Virus record (IMG/VR): IMGVR_UViG_2737471857_000016 | Span: 1 to 39,008 of that record | From: a virus | Taxonomy: Duplodnaviria; Heunggongvirae; Uroviricota; Caudoviricetes | Direction: 5' to 3' (one strand) | DNA length: 39,008 nt | Shown: positions 8,718-17,803 of the stretch, piece after piece | Position numbering within the stretch: the stretch's first letter is position 1 | Layout of the letters: every line of letters starts with the position of its first letter | Made by a program: the position numbers and the translations under genes | The notes under the pieces: model-generated | What the model was told of the DNA's origin: nothing | Seen by the model: only the letters and a program-made list of their open reading frames with translations | Database searches by the model: none

Positions 8718-8912
8718 ATGATTCGAATGACACTTGCCGATTACGCCAAAATCCATGGACAGGCTAAAGCAGCCAGTGACTTTGGTGTAATCCAGTGCGC
8801 TATCAGCAAGGCCATTCTGGCAGGCCGTAACATTATGGTTACGGTAAAGCCTGATGGCAGTGTGATTGGAGAGGAAGTTCGTCCTTTCCCAAGCAACAAG
8901 AAAAACAAATAG
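8718..8912 (+). CDS. cro: Cro repressor
   Basis: Resembles lambda Cro (…[20 protein letters not shown]…[16 protein letters not shown]); GGAG SD upstream of ATG 8718. Confidence 0.8.
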   Translation: MIRMTLADYAKIHGQAKAASDFGVIQCAISKAILAGRNIMVTVKPDGSVIGEEVRPFPSNKKNK

Positions 8913-8919
8913 TAACACC

Positions 8920-8963
8920 GCTCTTTAACAGTCATGGTCCTCATTCCCGCCGAAATGCGGGAA
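8920..8963 (+). promoter_or_regulatory. nutR (boxA CGCTCTTTAACA + boxB hairpin)
   Basis: boxA-like 8920..8931; hairpin TTCCCGC-CGAAAT-GCGGGAA 8944..8963, matching the nutL copy. Confidence 0.55.
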
Positions 8964-8969
8964 TACAAC

Positions 8970-9000
8970 GCGCATAAGTTGATGCGCATAACTTCTTATT
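8970..9000 (+). terminator. tR1-like terminator
   Basis: Hairpin GCGCAT-AAGTTG-ATGCGC followed by T-rich ATAACTTCTTATT between cro and cII. Confidence 0.4.
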
Positions 9001-9020
9001 AGTTAAGGAAATACTTACAT

Positions 9021-9299
9021 ATGCAACTTACAAGTACTCGCAAGAAAGCGAATGCAATTACAAGCAACATCCTGAATCGAATTGCTGTACGTGGTCAGCG
9101 AAAGGTTGCCGACGCGTTAGGGATTAATGAATCGCAAATTTCGCGATGGAAAGACAGCTTCATCCCAAAGATGGCCATGCTTCTGGCTGTGCTGGAGTGG
9201 GGTGTTGAAGACGAGGAATTAGCGGAGCTGGCAAAGAAAGTAGCCATGGTGCTGACAAAAGAAAAGCCTCAAGACTGCGGCAACAGTTTTGAGGCCTGA
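9021..9299 (+). CDS. cII: CII transcriptional activator
   Basis: Close resemblance to lambda CII (…SQISRWK…IPKMAMLLAVLEWGV…). Confidence 0.85.
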   Translation: MQLTSTRKKANAITSNILNRIAVRGQRKVADALGINESQISRWKDSFIPKMAMLLAVLEWGVEDEELAELAKKVAMVLTKEKPQDCGNSFEA

Positions 9300-9335
9300 T
9301 GTAGAAAGACTGGATCAATCCACAGGAGTAATTAT
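9256..9335 (-). ncRNA. OOP-like antisense RNA (terminator well defined, 5' end approximate)
   Basis: On minus strand a 12-bp stem (9266..9295) followed by TTTTCTTTTG lies inside the 3' end of cII, as for lambda OOP. Confidence 0.4.
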
Positions 9336-9495
9336 GACAAAACGTCGTAAGAAATACCAGGAAAAAGAAGAGATTCGACACCCTGATTCACCTGAGGGAT
9401 TAGTGGTAGCCGCAGCAAATAACAGGGCGTTCGCAGAGCGCCTTGTTGGTGTTTACAGACTAGCCAAAGCAGGAGTGAAACATGGGCGTCGTTAA
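9334..9495 (+). CDS. small basic hypothetical protein (53 aa)
   Basis: ATG 9334 preceded by AGGAG; sits between cII and the replication initiator. Confidence 0.35.
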   Translation: MTKRRKKYQEKEEIRHPDSPEGLVVAAANNRAFAERLVGVYRLAKAGVKHGRR

Positions 9496-9544
9496 GTTAG
9501 CTGATTACAGGCATAACCCTGTACAACATCAGGAGGCATCCAGT

Positions 9545-10383
9545 ATGGGGTATGTCTCTATACACCGCCAGTTTATGGACAGCAGGCTCTATAAGGACTC
9601 TCAGGCAGTACATCTTTGGCTTCACTTAATCCTCAAGGCTAATCACGAATCTACTGTCGTCAATACGGATATTGGGCCGATAACTGTTGATCGCGGTCAG
9701 ATGATAACTGGACGCCCGTCTCTGGTCAGAGAAACATTCATCCCCGACAACAAAGTTCGGAGCTTATTACGGACTTTTGAGTCGAAAGGTATGCTTAATA
9801 TTTGCTCGATGGGAAAGAAATTTAGCCTGTTTACAATCGTTAAATATGACGATTTTCAGTCAAAAAATTGTCCAACGGTTGTCCAACGGTTGTCCAACGG
9901 TTGTCCAACGCAAACACCAGTAATGGCGCGGCTCTCAGCGGAGATTGTCCAACGGTTGTCCAACGGTTGTCCATAAACAATAATATAAATAATATCTCTA
10001 ATACTGACGTATTAGAGAGTGCCACAGCAGACAAAAAGTCTGACAAGAAAAAACCTTCCGTTAGCTGTCAGGATGTTGTCGATGCTTACCACGAAATCCT
10101 TCCTGAAGCGCCAAGAATCCGCGCACTGAATGACAAGCGTAAAAACCAGATCCGAACGTTCTGGCGCAAAGCCGGAGTGATAACCCGCCAGCTTGACGGG
10201 CATGGGTTCACGATGCAGGACTGGAGAAATTATTTGAGCTACGTAGGCGAAAATTGCCGATGGATGTTCGAAGAGCGCCCAAACCATCAGCGCGGAACCG
10301 TCTGGCACAAAAAGGGATTTGATTTCCTGCTTAACGATAATACCTACCTGAAAGTTCGTGAGGGTGAACACGATGACCGATAA
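9545..10383 (+). pseudogene. O-like replication initiator, split by frameshift inside its iteron array
   Basis: N-terminal ORF (AGGAGG SD, ATG 9545) ends at TAA 9974..9976; C-terminal part continues in another frame open from 9850 to 10383; deleting one 11-bp iteron restores one ~276-aa ORF. Confidence 0.6.
9868..9973 (+). repeat. origin iterons: 11-bp direct repeats TTGTCCAACGG (4 copies, then 2.5 copies) followed by AT-rich tract
   Basis: Directly visible tandem repeats 9868..9910 and 9945..9973; AT-rich 9974..10015; located inside the O-like gene as ori-lambda iterons are. Confidence 0.8.
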
Positions 10384-11809
10384 TTTTTATGCGCCGCCCC
10401 ATAGCATCGAGGCAGAGCAGGCGGTGATTGGTGGATTGCTTCTGGATGATGACAGCAGTGAGCGCGTCCAGAAAGTTCTGGCGATGCTGAAGCCTGATTC
10501 ATTTTACAGCCGACCACACAAAATCATTTTCGAAGAAATAACCAGAATGCACCGTGAGCAAAAGCCAGTAGATGGCCTGACGCTTTTCGATGAACTGGAG
10601 CGTAAATCGTTAACGGCGTCTGTTGGCGGTTTTGCTTATATCGCTGAGATCGCAAAGAACACGCCAAGCGCAGCAAACATCGTTGCTTATGCAATGCAGG
10701 TTCGCGAAACCGCAATGGAACGCTACGCCATCAACCGCATGACTGAAGCGACGGAATTGCTCTATTCCCGCAATGGAATGACTGCAACGCAGAAGTACGA
10801 AGCTATTCAGGCGATTTTCACGCAACTGACAGACCATGCAAAAACCGGATCGCGTCGCGGCCTTCGCTCATTTGGTGAGGTCATGGAAGACTGGGTTAGC
10901 GACCTTGAGAAGCGATTTGATCCATCAGGCGAACAACGGGGAATGAGCACAGGGATCCCATCGCTGGACAGGATGCTGTCACCGAAAGGTCTGGTGAAAG
11001 GCTCTCTGTTTGTCATTGGCGCTCGCCCTAAGATGGGGAAAACGACGCTATACAGCCAGATGGCAATCAATTGCGCAGTGCATGAGAAAAAGCCCGCATT
11101 GATGTTCAGCCTTGAAATGCCAGGTGATCAGATACTGGAAAAACTGGTAGGGCAGAAGTCTGGTGTTAACCCGAATATTTTTTACCTTCCGGCGACAAAT
11201 GACGCCGATGACGGCTATCAGGGTGATTACGATGGTGACTTCAACAGGGCGATCGAAACAGCCAATCGCTTGAGTGAAATCGACATGCTTTACATCGACG
11301 ACACGCCGGGATTATCTCTGGCTCAAATCGTCAGCGAAAGCCGTCGAATCAAGCGAGAAAAAGGATGTGTTGGCATGATTCTGGTCGATTACCTGACACT
11401 AATGACAGCTGAGAAGGCCGATCGCAACGACCTTGCTTACGGCATGATCACCAAAGGACTGAAGAACCTTGCCAAAGAGCTTGATTGCGTTGTTGTGCTT
11501 CTGACACAGCTTAACCGCGCACTGGAAAGCAGAACCAATAAACGCCCATTACCAAGTGACTCACGAGATACAGGGCAGATTGAACAGGATTGCGATTATT
11601 GGGTGGGGATCCATCGTGAAGGTGCTTTTGATGACAGTGTTCCACCTGGTGAAACCGAACTAATCCTTCGTCTCAATCGTCATGGCAATACCGGCACGGT
11701 GTATTGCATTCAGGCAAATGGCGCTATTTATGACACAGACCAACAGTCTGCTGAAATGCGCCGCCGTGAACGCGAGGAACCGCAATCCAAGAAGAAAGGA
11801 GGATTCTGA
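10373..11809 (+). CDS. DnaB-like replicative helicase (P22 gp12-type)
   Basis: DnaB N-terminal domain (SIEAEQAVIGGLLLD) and Walker A GARPKMGKTT; GAGGGTG SD; ATG overlaps end of O-like gene. Confidence 0.9.
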   Translation: MTDNFYAPPHSIEAEQAVIGGLLLDDDSSERVQKVLAMLKPDSFYSRPHKIIFEEITRMHREQKPVDGLTLFDELERKSLTASVGGFAYIAEIAKNTPSAANIVAYAMQVRETAMERYAINRMTEATELLYSRNGMTATQKYEAIQAIFTQLTDHAKTGSRRGLRSFGEVMEDWVSDLEKRFDPSGEQRGMSTGIPSLDRMLSPKGLVKGSLFVIGARPKMGKTTLYSQMAINCAVHEKKPALMFSLEMPGDQILEKLVGQKSGVNPNIFYLPATNDADDGYQGDYDGDFNRAIETANRLSEIDMLYIDDTPGLSLAQIVSESRRIKREKGCVGMILVDYLTLMTAEKADRNDLAYGMITKGLKNLAKELDCVVVLLTQLNRALESRTNKRPLPSDSRDTGQIEQDCDYWVGIHREGAFDDSVPPGETELILRLNRHGNTGTVYCIQANGAIYDTDQQSAEMRRREREEPQSKKKGGF

Positions 11810-11838
11810 TGACCATCTACATCACTGAGCTAATAACA

Positions 11839-11869
11839 GGGGCTATTTACACAGTAGCCCTTTTTTATT
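11839..11869 (+). terminator. rho-independent terminator after helicase gene
   Basis: GGGCTA-TTTACACAG-TAGCCC hairpin followed by TTTTTTATT. Confidence 0.6.
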
Positions 11870-11893
11870 GGATTAAGAACGAGGGGGATCCTG

Positions 11894-12106
11894 ATGGACA
11901 CCGTTAACGGAATGTGTTCAGACGCACCGCGTGCCAAAAAATGTAAATGCGGAAAATCACCGACAATATTCGACATGGAGAACGGGTGCCAAATCTACTG
12001 CGCTAACCACGCTGCTGTGGCGGCCGCGAATTATCGCAGTGCGGTAACGGAGTGGAATAACCTGAAATCTGTTAGAGAGGGAAGTCATGAAAAAACTAAC
12101 CTTTGA
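11894..12106 (+). CDS. hypothetical Cys-rich nin-region protein (70 aa)
   Basis: GAGGGGG SD; Cys pairs CKCGK...CQIYC suggest zinc binding. Confidence 0.45.
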   Translation: MDTVNGMCSDAPRAKKCKCGKSPTIFDMENGCQIYCANHAAVAAANYRSAVTEWNNLKSVREGSHEKTNL

Positions 12107-12527
12107 AATTCGATCTCCAGCACATCAGCAAAACGCTATTCACGCAGTACAGCAAATCCTTCCAGACCCAACCAAACCAATCGTAGTAACCATTCAGGAA
12201 CGCAACCGCAGCTTAGACCAAAACAGGAAGCTATGGGCCTGCTTAGGTGACGTCTCTCGTCAGGTTGAATGGCATGGTCGCTGGCTGGATGCAGAAAGCT
12301 GGAAGTGTGTGTTTACCGCAGCATTAAAGCAGCAGGATGTTGTTCCTAACCTTGCCGGGAATGGCTTTGTGGTAATAGGCCAGTCAACCAGCAGGATGCG
12401 TGTAGGCGAATTTGCGGAGCTATTAGAGCTTATACAGGCATTCGGTACAGAGCGTGGCGTTAAGTGGTCAGACGAAGCGAGACTGGCTCTGGAGTGGAAA
12501 GCGAGATGGGGAGACAGGGCTGCATGA
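12087..12527 (+). CDS. ninB: NinB (Orf) recombination mediator
   Basis: 146 aa, sequence recognised as lambda NinB-like (MKKLTFEIRSPAHQQNAIHAVQQ...). Confidence 0.85.
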   Translation: MKKLTFEIRSPAHQQNAIHAVQQILPDPTKPIVVTIQERNRSLDQNRKLWACLGDVSRQVEWHGRWLDAESWKCVFTAALKQQDVVPNLAGNGFVVIGQSTSRMRVGEFAELLELIQAFGTERGVKWSDEARLALEWKARWGDRAA

Positions 12528-13396
12528 TAAATGTCGTTAGTTTCTCCGGTGGCAGGACGTCAGCATATTTGCTCTGGCTAATGGAGCAAAAGCGACGGGC
12601 AGGTAAAGACGTGCATTACGTTTTCATGGATACAGGTTGTGAACATCCAATGACATATCGGTTTGTCAGGGAAGTTGTGAAGTTCTGGGATATACCGCTC
12701 ACCGTATTGCAGGTTGATATCAACCCGGAGCTTGGACAGCCAAATGGTTATACGGTATGGGAACCAAAGGATATTCAGACGCGAATGCCTGTTCTGAAGC
12801 CATTTATCGATATGGTAAAGAAATATGGCACTCCATACGTCGGCGGCGCGTTCTGCACTGACAGATTAAAACTCGTTCCCTTCACCAAATACTGTGATGA
12901 CCATTTCGGGCGAGGGAATTACACCACGTGGATTGGCATCAGAGCTGATGAACCGAAGCGGCTAAAGCCAAAGCCTGGAATCAGATATCTTGCTGAACTG
13001 TCAGACTTTGAGAAGGAAGATATCCTCGCATGGTGGAAGCAACAACCATTCGATTTGCAAATACCGGAACATCTCGGTAACTGCATATTCTGCATTAAAA
13101 AATCAACGCAAAAAATCGGACTTGCCTGCAAAGATGAGGAGGGATTGCAGCGTGTTTTTAATGAGGTCATCACGGGATCCCATGTGCGTGACGGACATCG
13201 GGAAACGCCAAAGGAGATTATGTACCGAGGAAGAATGTCGCTGGACGGTATCGCGAAAATGTATTCAGAAAATGATTATCAAGCCCTGTATCAGGACATG
13301 GTACGAGCTAAAAGATTCGATACCGGCTCTTGTTCTGAGTCATGCGAAATATTTGGAGGGCAGCTTGATTTCGACTTCGGGAGGGAAGCTGCATGA
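12524..13396 (+). CDS. ninC: NinC-like protein (PAPS-reductase-like fold)
   Basis: 290 aa from ATG 12524 (ATGA overlap with ninB); SFSGGRTS P-loop-like motif of PAPS reductase family. Confidence 0.75.
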   Translation: MINVVSFSGGRTSAYLLWLMEQKRRAGKDVHYVFMDTGCEHPMTYRFVREVVKFWDIPLTVLQVDINPELGQPNGYTVWEPKDIQTRMPVLKPFIDMVKKYGTPYVGGAFCTDRLKLVPFTKYCDDHFGRGNYTTWIGIRADEPKRLKPKPGIRYLAELSDFEKEDILAWWKQQPFDLQIPEHLGNCIFCIKKSTQKIGLACKDEEGLQRVFNEVITGSHVRDGHRETPKEIMYRGRMSLDGIAKMYSENDYQALYQDMVRAKRFDTGSCSESCEIFGGQLDFDFGREAA

Positions 13397-13566
13397 TGCG
13401 ATGTTATCGGTGCGGTGAATGCAAAGAAGATAACCGCTTCCGACCAAATCAACCTTACTGGAATCGATGGTGTCTCCGGTGTGAAAGAACACCAACAGGG
13501 GTGTTACCACTACCGCAGGAAAAGGAGGACGTGTGGCGAGACAGCGACGAAGTATCACCGACATAA
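13393..13566 (+). CDS. ninD: NinD-like Cys-rich small protein (57 aa)
   Basis: ATGA overlap with ninC; CxxC...CxxC; same length as lambda NinD; below track cutoff. Confidence 0.5.
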
Positions 13567-13711
13567 TCTGCGAAAACTGCAAATACCTTCCAACGAAACG
13601 CTCCAGAAATAAACGCAAGCCAATTCCAAAAGAATCTGACGTAAAAACCTTCAACTACACGGCTCACCTGTGGGATATCCGGTGGCTAAGACATCGTGCG
13701 AGGAAATGACA

Positions 13712-14089
13712 ATGGATTATTCACAGTTAAGTGATTTTGAAATTAACGTGGCGGTATTCGAAGCCATTCATAACGGATCACCGGATTACAAAGAAGGTGA
13801 GAATGGCGCGATGGTGTTTATCTCATTTGAGGGAGACATTGTAAACGGAGACGCAGTCGAAGTAGAAGTTGAGCGCGGATCCTTTAACCCATGCGCAAAC
13901 CCAGCAGACGCATGGCCGATTATCACTGAAAACAACATCAGCATAATTTTAGACAATCCCTCAATGCCGTGCGCTACAGACAACGCAAGGGACTTGTTTG
14001 ATGATGCAGGACCGAATGTTGGTGTCGCATATGACAATCCACTCCGTGCCGCCATGATTGTCTTTCTCATGATGCGGAGAATCCAATAA
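13712..14089 (+). CDS. hypothetical nin-region protein (125 aa; possibly NinX-like)
   Basis: AGGAA SD before ATG 13712; ORF open from 13670. Confidence 0.5.
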   Translation: MDYSQLSDFEINVAVFEAIHNGSPDYKEGENGAMVFISFEGDIVNGDAVEVEVERGSFNPCANPADAWPIITENNISIILDNPSMPCATDNARDLFDDAGPNVGVAYDNPLRAAMIVFLMMRRIQ

Positions 14090-14265
14090 TGCTTAGCCCA
14101 TCCCAATCTCTTCAATACCAGAAAGAAAGCGTCGAGCGAGCTTTAACGTGCGCTAACTGCGGTCAGAAGCTGCATGTGCTGGAAGTTCACGTGTGCTCCG
14201 ATTGCTGCGCAGAACTGATGAGCGATCCGAATAGCTCAATGTACGAGGAAGAAGACGATGAGTGA
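14089..14265 (+). CDS. ninF: NinF-like small protein (58 aa)
   Basis: TAATG overlap; MLSPSQSLQYQKESVERALTCANCGQKLH... recalled as NinF-like; Cys-rich. Confidence 0.5.
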   Translation: MLSPSQSLQYQKESVERALTCANCGQKLHVLEVHVCSDCCAELMSDPNSSMYEEEDDE

Positions 14266-14476
14266 TTCGTTTAGTAGCTCTGATTATTTGTATTTGGTTT
14301 TAGTACCTGTGGCAGAAGTATTCCGCTCTCGATTTCCTGAAGGCTCAGCACCATTTAATGCCATTAGCACTTACTCAAAATGCAGAGTGAAATTTACAGG
14401 TAAGAGGCTGGAAAGAGAGTGGCAGCAATTCTGCAAAAAACATGACCTAAAAAATGACCCTGAACTGGAGTATTAA
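14258..14476 (+). CDS. hypothetical protein (72 aa)
   Basis: ORF overlapping the end of the NinF-like gene; no family recognised. Confidence 0.45.
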   Translation: MSDSFSSSDYLYLVLVPVAEVFRSRFPEGSAPFNAISTYSKCRVKFTGKRLEREWQQFCKKHDLKNDPELEY

Positions 14477-14767
14477 ATGGCTAATCTACGCAAAGAAGCG
14501 CGCGGCAGAGAATGCCAGGTACGTATTTACGGCATATGCAATGGCAATCCTGAAACTACAGTTCTGGCACATTACCGGATGGCTGGAATTTGCGGAACGG
14601 GAATGAAGCCTGACGACCTGATCGGCGCATGGGCTTGTAGCGCGTGTCACGATGAAATCGACCGACGCACCCATAACCTCGACAACAAAGACACCAGACT
14701 TTACCACCTCGAAGGCGTTATCAGGACGCAGGCGATACTGCTGAAGGAGGGGAAGATTAAGTCATGA
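14477..14767 (+). CDS. DUF1364/YbcO-like protein (96 aa)
   Basis: Sits directly upstream of rusA as ybcO does in the E. coli DLP12 prophage; Cys/His-rich. Confidence 0.55.
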   Translation: MANLRKEARGRECQVRIYGICNGNPETTVLAHYRMAGICGTGMKPDDLIGAWACSACHDEIDRRTHNLDNKDTRLYHLEGVIRTQAILLKEGKIKS

Positions 14768-15126
14768 ACGAATATCAGTTTGTGCTTCCATACCCGCCGT
14801 CGCTGAACACCTACTGGCGAAGACGGGGAAGCCAATACTACATCAGCGATAAAGGCCAGAAATACCGAAAAGACGTTCAGCAAATCATCCGCCAACTTAA
14901 GTTAGACATTTTCACCAAATCACGACTCCGCATCAAAGTCATCGCAGACGTTCCAGACTCCAGCCGCCGCGACCTCGACAACATCCTGAAAGGTTTACTC
15001 GACTCCCTTATCCACGCCGGATTTGCGGAAGACGACGAGCAATTCGATGACATTCGCGTAATTCGTGGTGTGAAAGTACCAGGCGGACGGCTTGGAATAA
15101 AAATCACCGAACTGGAGAACGTATGA
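14764..15126 (+). CDS. rusA: RusA Holliday-junction resolvase
   Basis: 120 aa; PxSxNxYW-like N-terminus and RRDLDN motif shared with E. coli RusA. Confidence 0.8.
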   Translation: MNEYQFVLPYPPSLNTYWRRRGSQYYISDKGQKYRKDVQQIIRQLKLDIFTKSRLRIKVIADVPDSSRRDLDNILKGLLDSLIHAGFAEDDEQFDDIRVIRGVKVPGGRLGIKITELENV

Positions 15127-15311
15127 ACGCCACAATTCAAACGATACCAGAGCTTCTTATACAGACACGAGGCAATCAGACCGAAGTGGCGAGGATGCTT
15201 TCCTGCGCAAGAGGAACGGTGCTCAAGTACAACCGAGACAGCAAAGGCGAACGTCACGTAATAGTTAACGGCGTCCTGATGGTCAAACAGGGCAAGAGAG
15301 GAAGACGATGA
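15123..15311 (+). CDS. ninH: NinH-like protein
   Basis: Resembles lambda NinH (…GNQTEVAR…RGTV…KY…). Confidence 0.6.
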   Translation: MNATIQTIPELLIQTRGNQTEVARMLSCARGTVLKYNRDSKGERHVIVNGVLMVKQGKRGRR

Positions 15312-15931
15312 GACTCGAAAGCGTAGCTAAATTTCATTCGCCAAAAAGCCCGATGATGAGCGACTCACCACGGGCTACGGCTTCTGACTCTCTTTCCGGT
15401 ACTGATGTGATGGCTGCTATGGGGATGGCGCAATCACAAGCCGGATTCGGAATGGCTGCATTCTGTGGTAAGCACGAACTCAGCCAGAATGACAAACAAA
15501 AGGCTATCAACTATCTGATGCAATTTGCACACAAGGTATCGGGGAAATACCGTGGTGTGGCAAAGCTTGAAGGAAATACTAAGGCAAAGGTACTGCAAGT
15601 GCTCGCAACATTCGCTTATGCGGATTATTGCCGTAGTGCCGCGACGCCGGGCGCAAGATGCAGAGATTGCCACGGTACAGGCCGTGCGGTTGATATAGCC
15701 AAAACAGAGCAGTGGGGGATAGTTGTTGAGAAAGAGTGCGGAAGATGCAAAGGTGTCGGCTATTCAAGGATGCCAGCAAGCGCCGCATATCGCGCTGTAA
15801 CGATGCTAATCCCCAACCTTACCCAACCCACATGGTCACGCACTGTTAAGCCGCTGTATGACGCTCTGGTGGTGCAATGCCACAAAGAAGAGTCAATCGC
15901 AGACAACATTTTGAATGCGGTCACACGTTAG
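15308..15931 (+). CDS. Q: Q late-gene antiterminator (lambda-type)
   Basis: 207 aa; sequence recognised as essentially lambda Q; followed by lambda-like pR'/qut/tR'. Confidence 0.9.
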   Translation: MRLESVAKFHSPKSPMMSDSPRATASDSLSGTDVMAAMGMAQSQAGFGMAAFCGKHELSQNDKQKAINYLMQFAHKVSGKYRGVAKLEGNTKAKVLQVLATFAYADYCRSAATPGARCRDCHGTGRAVDIAKTEQWGIVVEKECGRCKGVGYSRMPASAAYRAVTMLIPNLTQPTWSRTVKPLYDALVVQCHKEESIADNILNAVTR

Positions 15932-15973
15932 CAGCATGATTGCCACGGATGGCAACATATTAACGGCATGATA

Positions 15974-16030
15974 TTGACTTTTTGAATAAAGTTGGGTAAA
16001 TTTGACCCAACGATGGGTTAATTCGCTCGT
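15974..16030 (+). promoter_or_regulatory. pR' late promoter with qut site
   Basis: -35 TTGACT (15974..15979), 17-bp spacer, -10 TAAATT (15997..16002); region recalled as lambda pR'/qut. Confidence 0.6.
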
Positions 16031-16142
16031 TGTGGTAGTGAGATAAAAAGAGGCGGCGCTTACTACCGATTCCGCCTAGTTGGTCACTTCGACGTATCGT
16101 CTGGAACTCCAACCATCGCAGGCTGAGAGGTCTGCAAAATGC

Positions 16143-16203
16143 AATCCCGAAACAGTTCGCAGGTAATAGTTAGAGCCTGCATAACGGTTTCGGGATTTTT
16201 TAT
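16143..16203 (+). terminator. tR' (6S RNA) terminator
   Basis: Long hairpin AATCCCGAAAC...GGTTTCGGGATT followed by TTTTTTAT. Confidence 0.7.
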
Positions 16204-16655
16204 ATCTGTGCAACAGGTAAGAGCATTGAACCCGCAGACCTCGCGGAATTGGTGAAAGGTGCCGCGCAGTGCTCTTATCGTTGTGGTGAAGCTCAATGGC
16301 GAGCTAGCAGATAGGCGACAGTGAAAATACTAGTCATGTAGCTGACCGCCGCGCGTACTGCAATCGGCAGCGCACCGATGGAAGCCGGTTCGATTCCGGC
16401 CGCCACAACCCAAACTGAGCCGTAGCCACTGGCTATCCTAGATTCATCAGTGATAGTTACGCTGCGGCCTTCTACACATGACCTTCGTGAAAGCGGGTGG
16501 CAGGAGGTCGCGCTAACAACATCCTGCCGTTTTGCCCGTGCATATCGGTCACGAACAAATCTGATTACTAAACACAGTAGCCTGGATTTGTTCTATCAGT
16601 AATCGACCTTATTCCTAATTAAATAGAGCAAATCCCCTCAATGAAGGGGTAGAGC

Positions 16656-16859
16656 ATGTACCGTATGGACAAAATCAGAGAATGGTTCAGTTACAGCTTC
16701 GGAGGACTGACTGCGATGGGTGGCATTCTCTCCCTGAATGACTGGGCTGTCATCATTGGTATTCTTTGTACTGTCGGCACATTTGGCATCAACTGGTACT
16801 ACAAGCGCAAAGAGCGCGAGGACAGATTGAATGGCAATGTCACCGGCACTACGAAATAG
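16656..16859 (+). CDS. class II holin (pinholin-like), dual-start motif
   Basis: 67 aa with two TM segments; starts MYRMDK... (two Met separated by Arg, antiholin/holin dual start as in phage 21 S); followed by SAR endolysin. Confidence 0.7.
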   Translation: MYRMDKIREWFSYSFGGLTAMGGILSLNDWAVIIGILCTVGTFGINWYYKRKEREDRLNGNVTGTTK

Positions 16860-17334
16860 CGTAATAGCGGCGATAAGTGGCGGGGCTATTGCTATAGCAT
16901 CTGTGTTAATCACTGGACCAAGTGGTAACGATGGTTTGGAAGGTGTCAGCTACATACCATACAAAGATATCGTTGGTGTATGGACTGTATGTCACGGACA
17001 CACCGGAAAAGACATTATGCTCGGTAAAACGTATACCGAAGCAGAATGCAAAGCCCTCCTGAATAAAGACCTTGCCACGGTCGCCAGACAAATTAACCCG
17101 TACATAAAAGTTGATATACCGGAAACAACGCGCGGCGCTCTTTACTCGTTCGTTTACAACGTGGGCGCTGGCAATTTCAGAACATCGACGCTTCTTCGCA
17201 AAATAAACCAGGGCGATATCAAAGGCGCATGTGATCAGCTACGGCGCTGGACATACGCTGGCGGTAAGCAATGGAAAGGGCTGATGACTCGTCGCGAGAT
17301 TGAGCGTGAAGTCTGTTTGTGGGGGCAACAATGA
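16831..17334 (+). CDS. SAR endolysin (T4-lysozyme-like with N-terminal signal-anchor-release domain)
   Basis: Gly/Ala-rich weakly hydrophobic N-terminus [17 protein letters not shown], then lysozyme-like region (…[10 protein letters not shown]…, …TYTEAE…). Confidence 0.8.
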   Translation: MAMSPALRNSVIAAISGGAIAIASVLITGPSGNDGLEGVSYIPYKDIVGVWTVCHGHTGKDIMLGKTYTEAECKALLNKDLATVARQINPYIKVDIPETTRGALYSFVYNVGAGNFRTSTLLRKINQGDIKGACDQLRRWTYAGGKQWKGLMTRREIEREVCLWGQQ

Positions 17335-17768
17335 GCAGAGTAACCGCGATTATCTCCGCTCTGGTTATCTGCATCATCGTCTGCCTGTCATGGGCTGTTA
17401 ATCATTACCGTGATAACGCCATGACCTACAAAGAGCAGCGCGACAAAGCCGCATCCACTATCGCTGACATGCAGAAGCGTCAACGTGATGTAGCAGAACT
17501 CGACGCCAGATACACAAAGGAGCTTGCTGATGCTAACGCGACTATCGAAAGTCTCCGTGCTGATGTTTCTGCTGGTCGTAAGCGCCTGCAAGTCGCCGCC
17601 ACCTGTGCAAAGTCAACGACCGGAGCCAGCGGCATGGGCGATGGAGAAAGCCCAAGACTTACAGCAGATGCTGAACTCAATTATTACCGTCTCCGAAGTG
17701 GAATCGACAAGATAACCGCGCAGGTTAACTACCTGCAGGAATACATCAGGACGCAATGCCTGAAATGA
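17331..17768 (+). CDS. Rz: Rz i-spanin
   Basis: N-terminal TM anchor and coiled-coil; ATGA overlap with endolysin. Confidence 0.75.
   Translation: MSRVTAIISALVICIIVCLSWAVNHYRDNAMTYKEQRDKAASTIADMQKRQRDVAELDARYTKELADANATIESLRADVSAGRKRLQVAATCAKSTTGASGMGDGESPRLTADAELNYYRLRSGIDKITAQVNYLQEYIRTQCLK
17524..17715 (+). CDS. Rz1: Rz1 o-spanin lipoprotein (embedded in Rz, +1 frame)
   Basis: Lipobox LVVSAC followed by Pro-rich segment; entirely within Rz in another frame. Confidence 0.6.
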   Translation: MLMLTRLSKVSVLMFLLVVSACKSPPPVQSQRPEPAAWAMEKAQDLQQMLNSIITVSEVESTR

Positions 17769-17803
17769 TCGGGCGATGAAAACCAAAAAAACAGGAGCAA
17801 TAC

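Noticed and set aside
9868-9973. Tandem short repeats that could be mistaken for a CRISPR array
   Set aside because: Units are 11 bp and directly abutting, with no spacers; they lie within a replication initiator gene followed by an AT-rich tract, so they are origin iterons.
13415-13667. 65-aa plus-strand and 70-aa minus-strand ORFs downstream of ninC
   Set aside because: A 57-aa ORF in another frame (13393..13566) is coupled to ninC by an ATGA overlap and fits NinD in length and Cys pattern, so the alternatives are likely frame artefacts.
16384-16412. tRNA-like T-arm motif (GCCGG-TTCGATT-CCGGC followed by CGCCACA) in the late leader upstream of the holin
   Set aside because: No complementary 5' acceptor strand, D-arm or anticodon arm can be placed within 75-95 nt upstream, and no CCA follows; at most a tRNA 3' fragment or chance match, not a tRNA gene.
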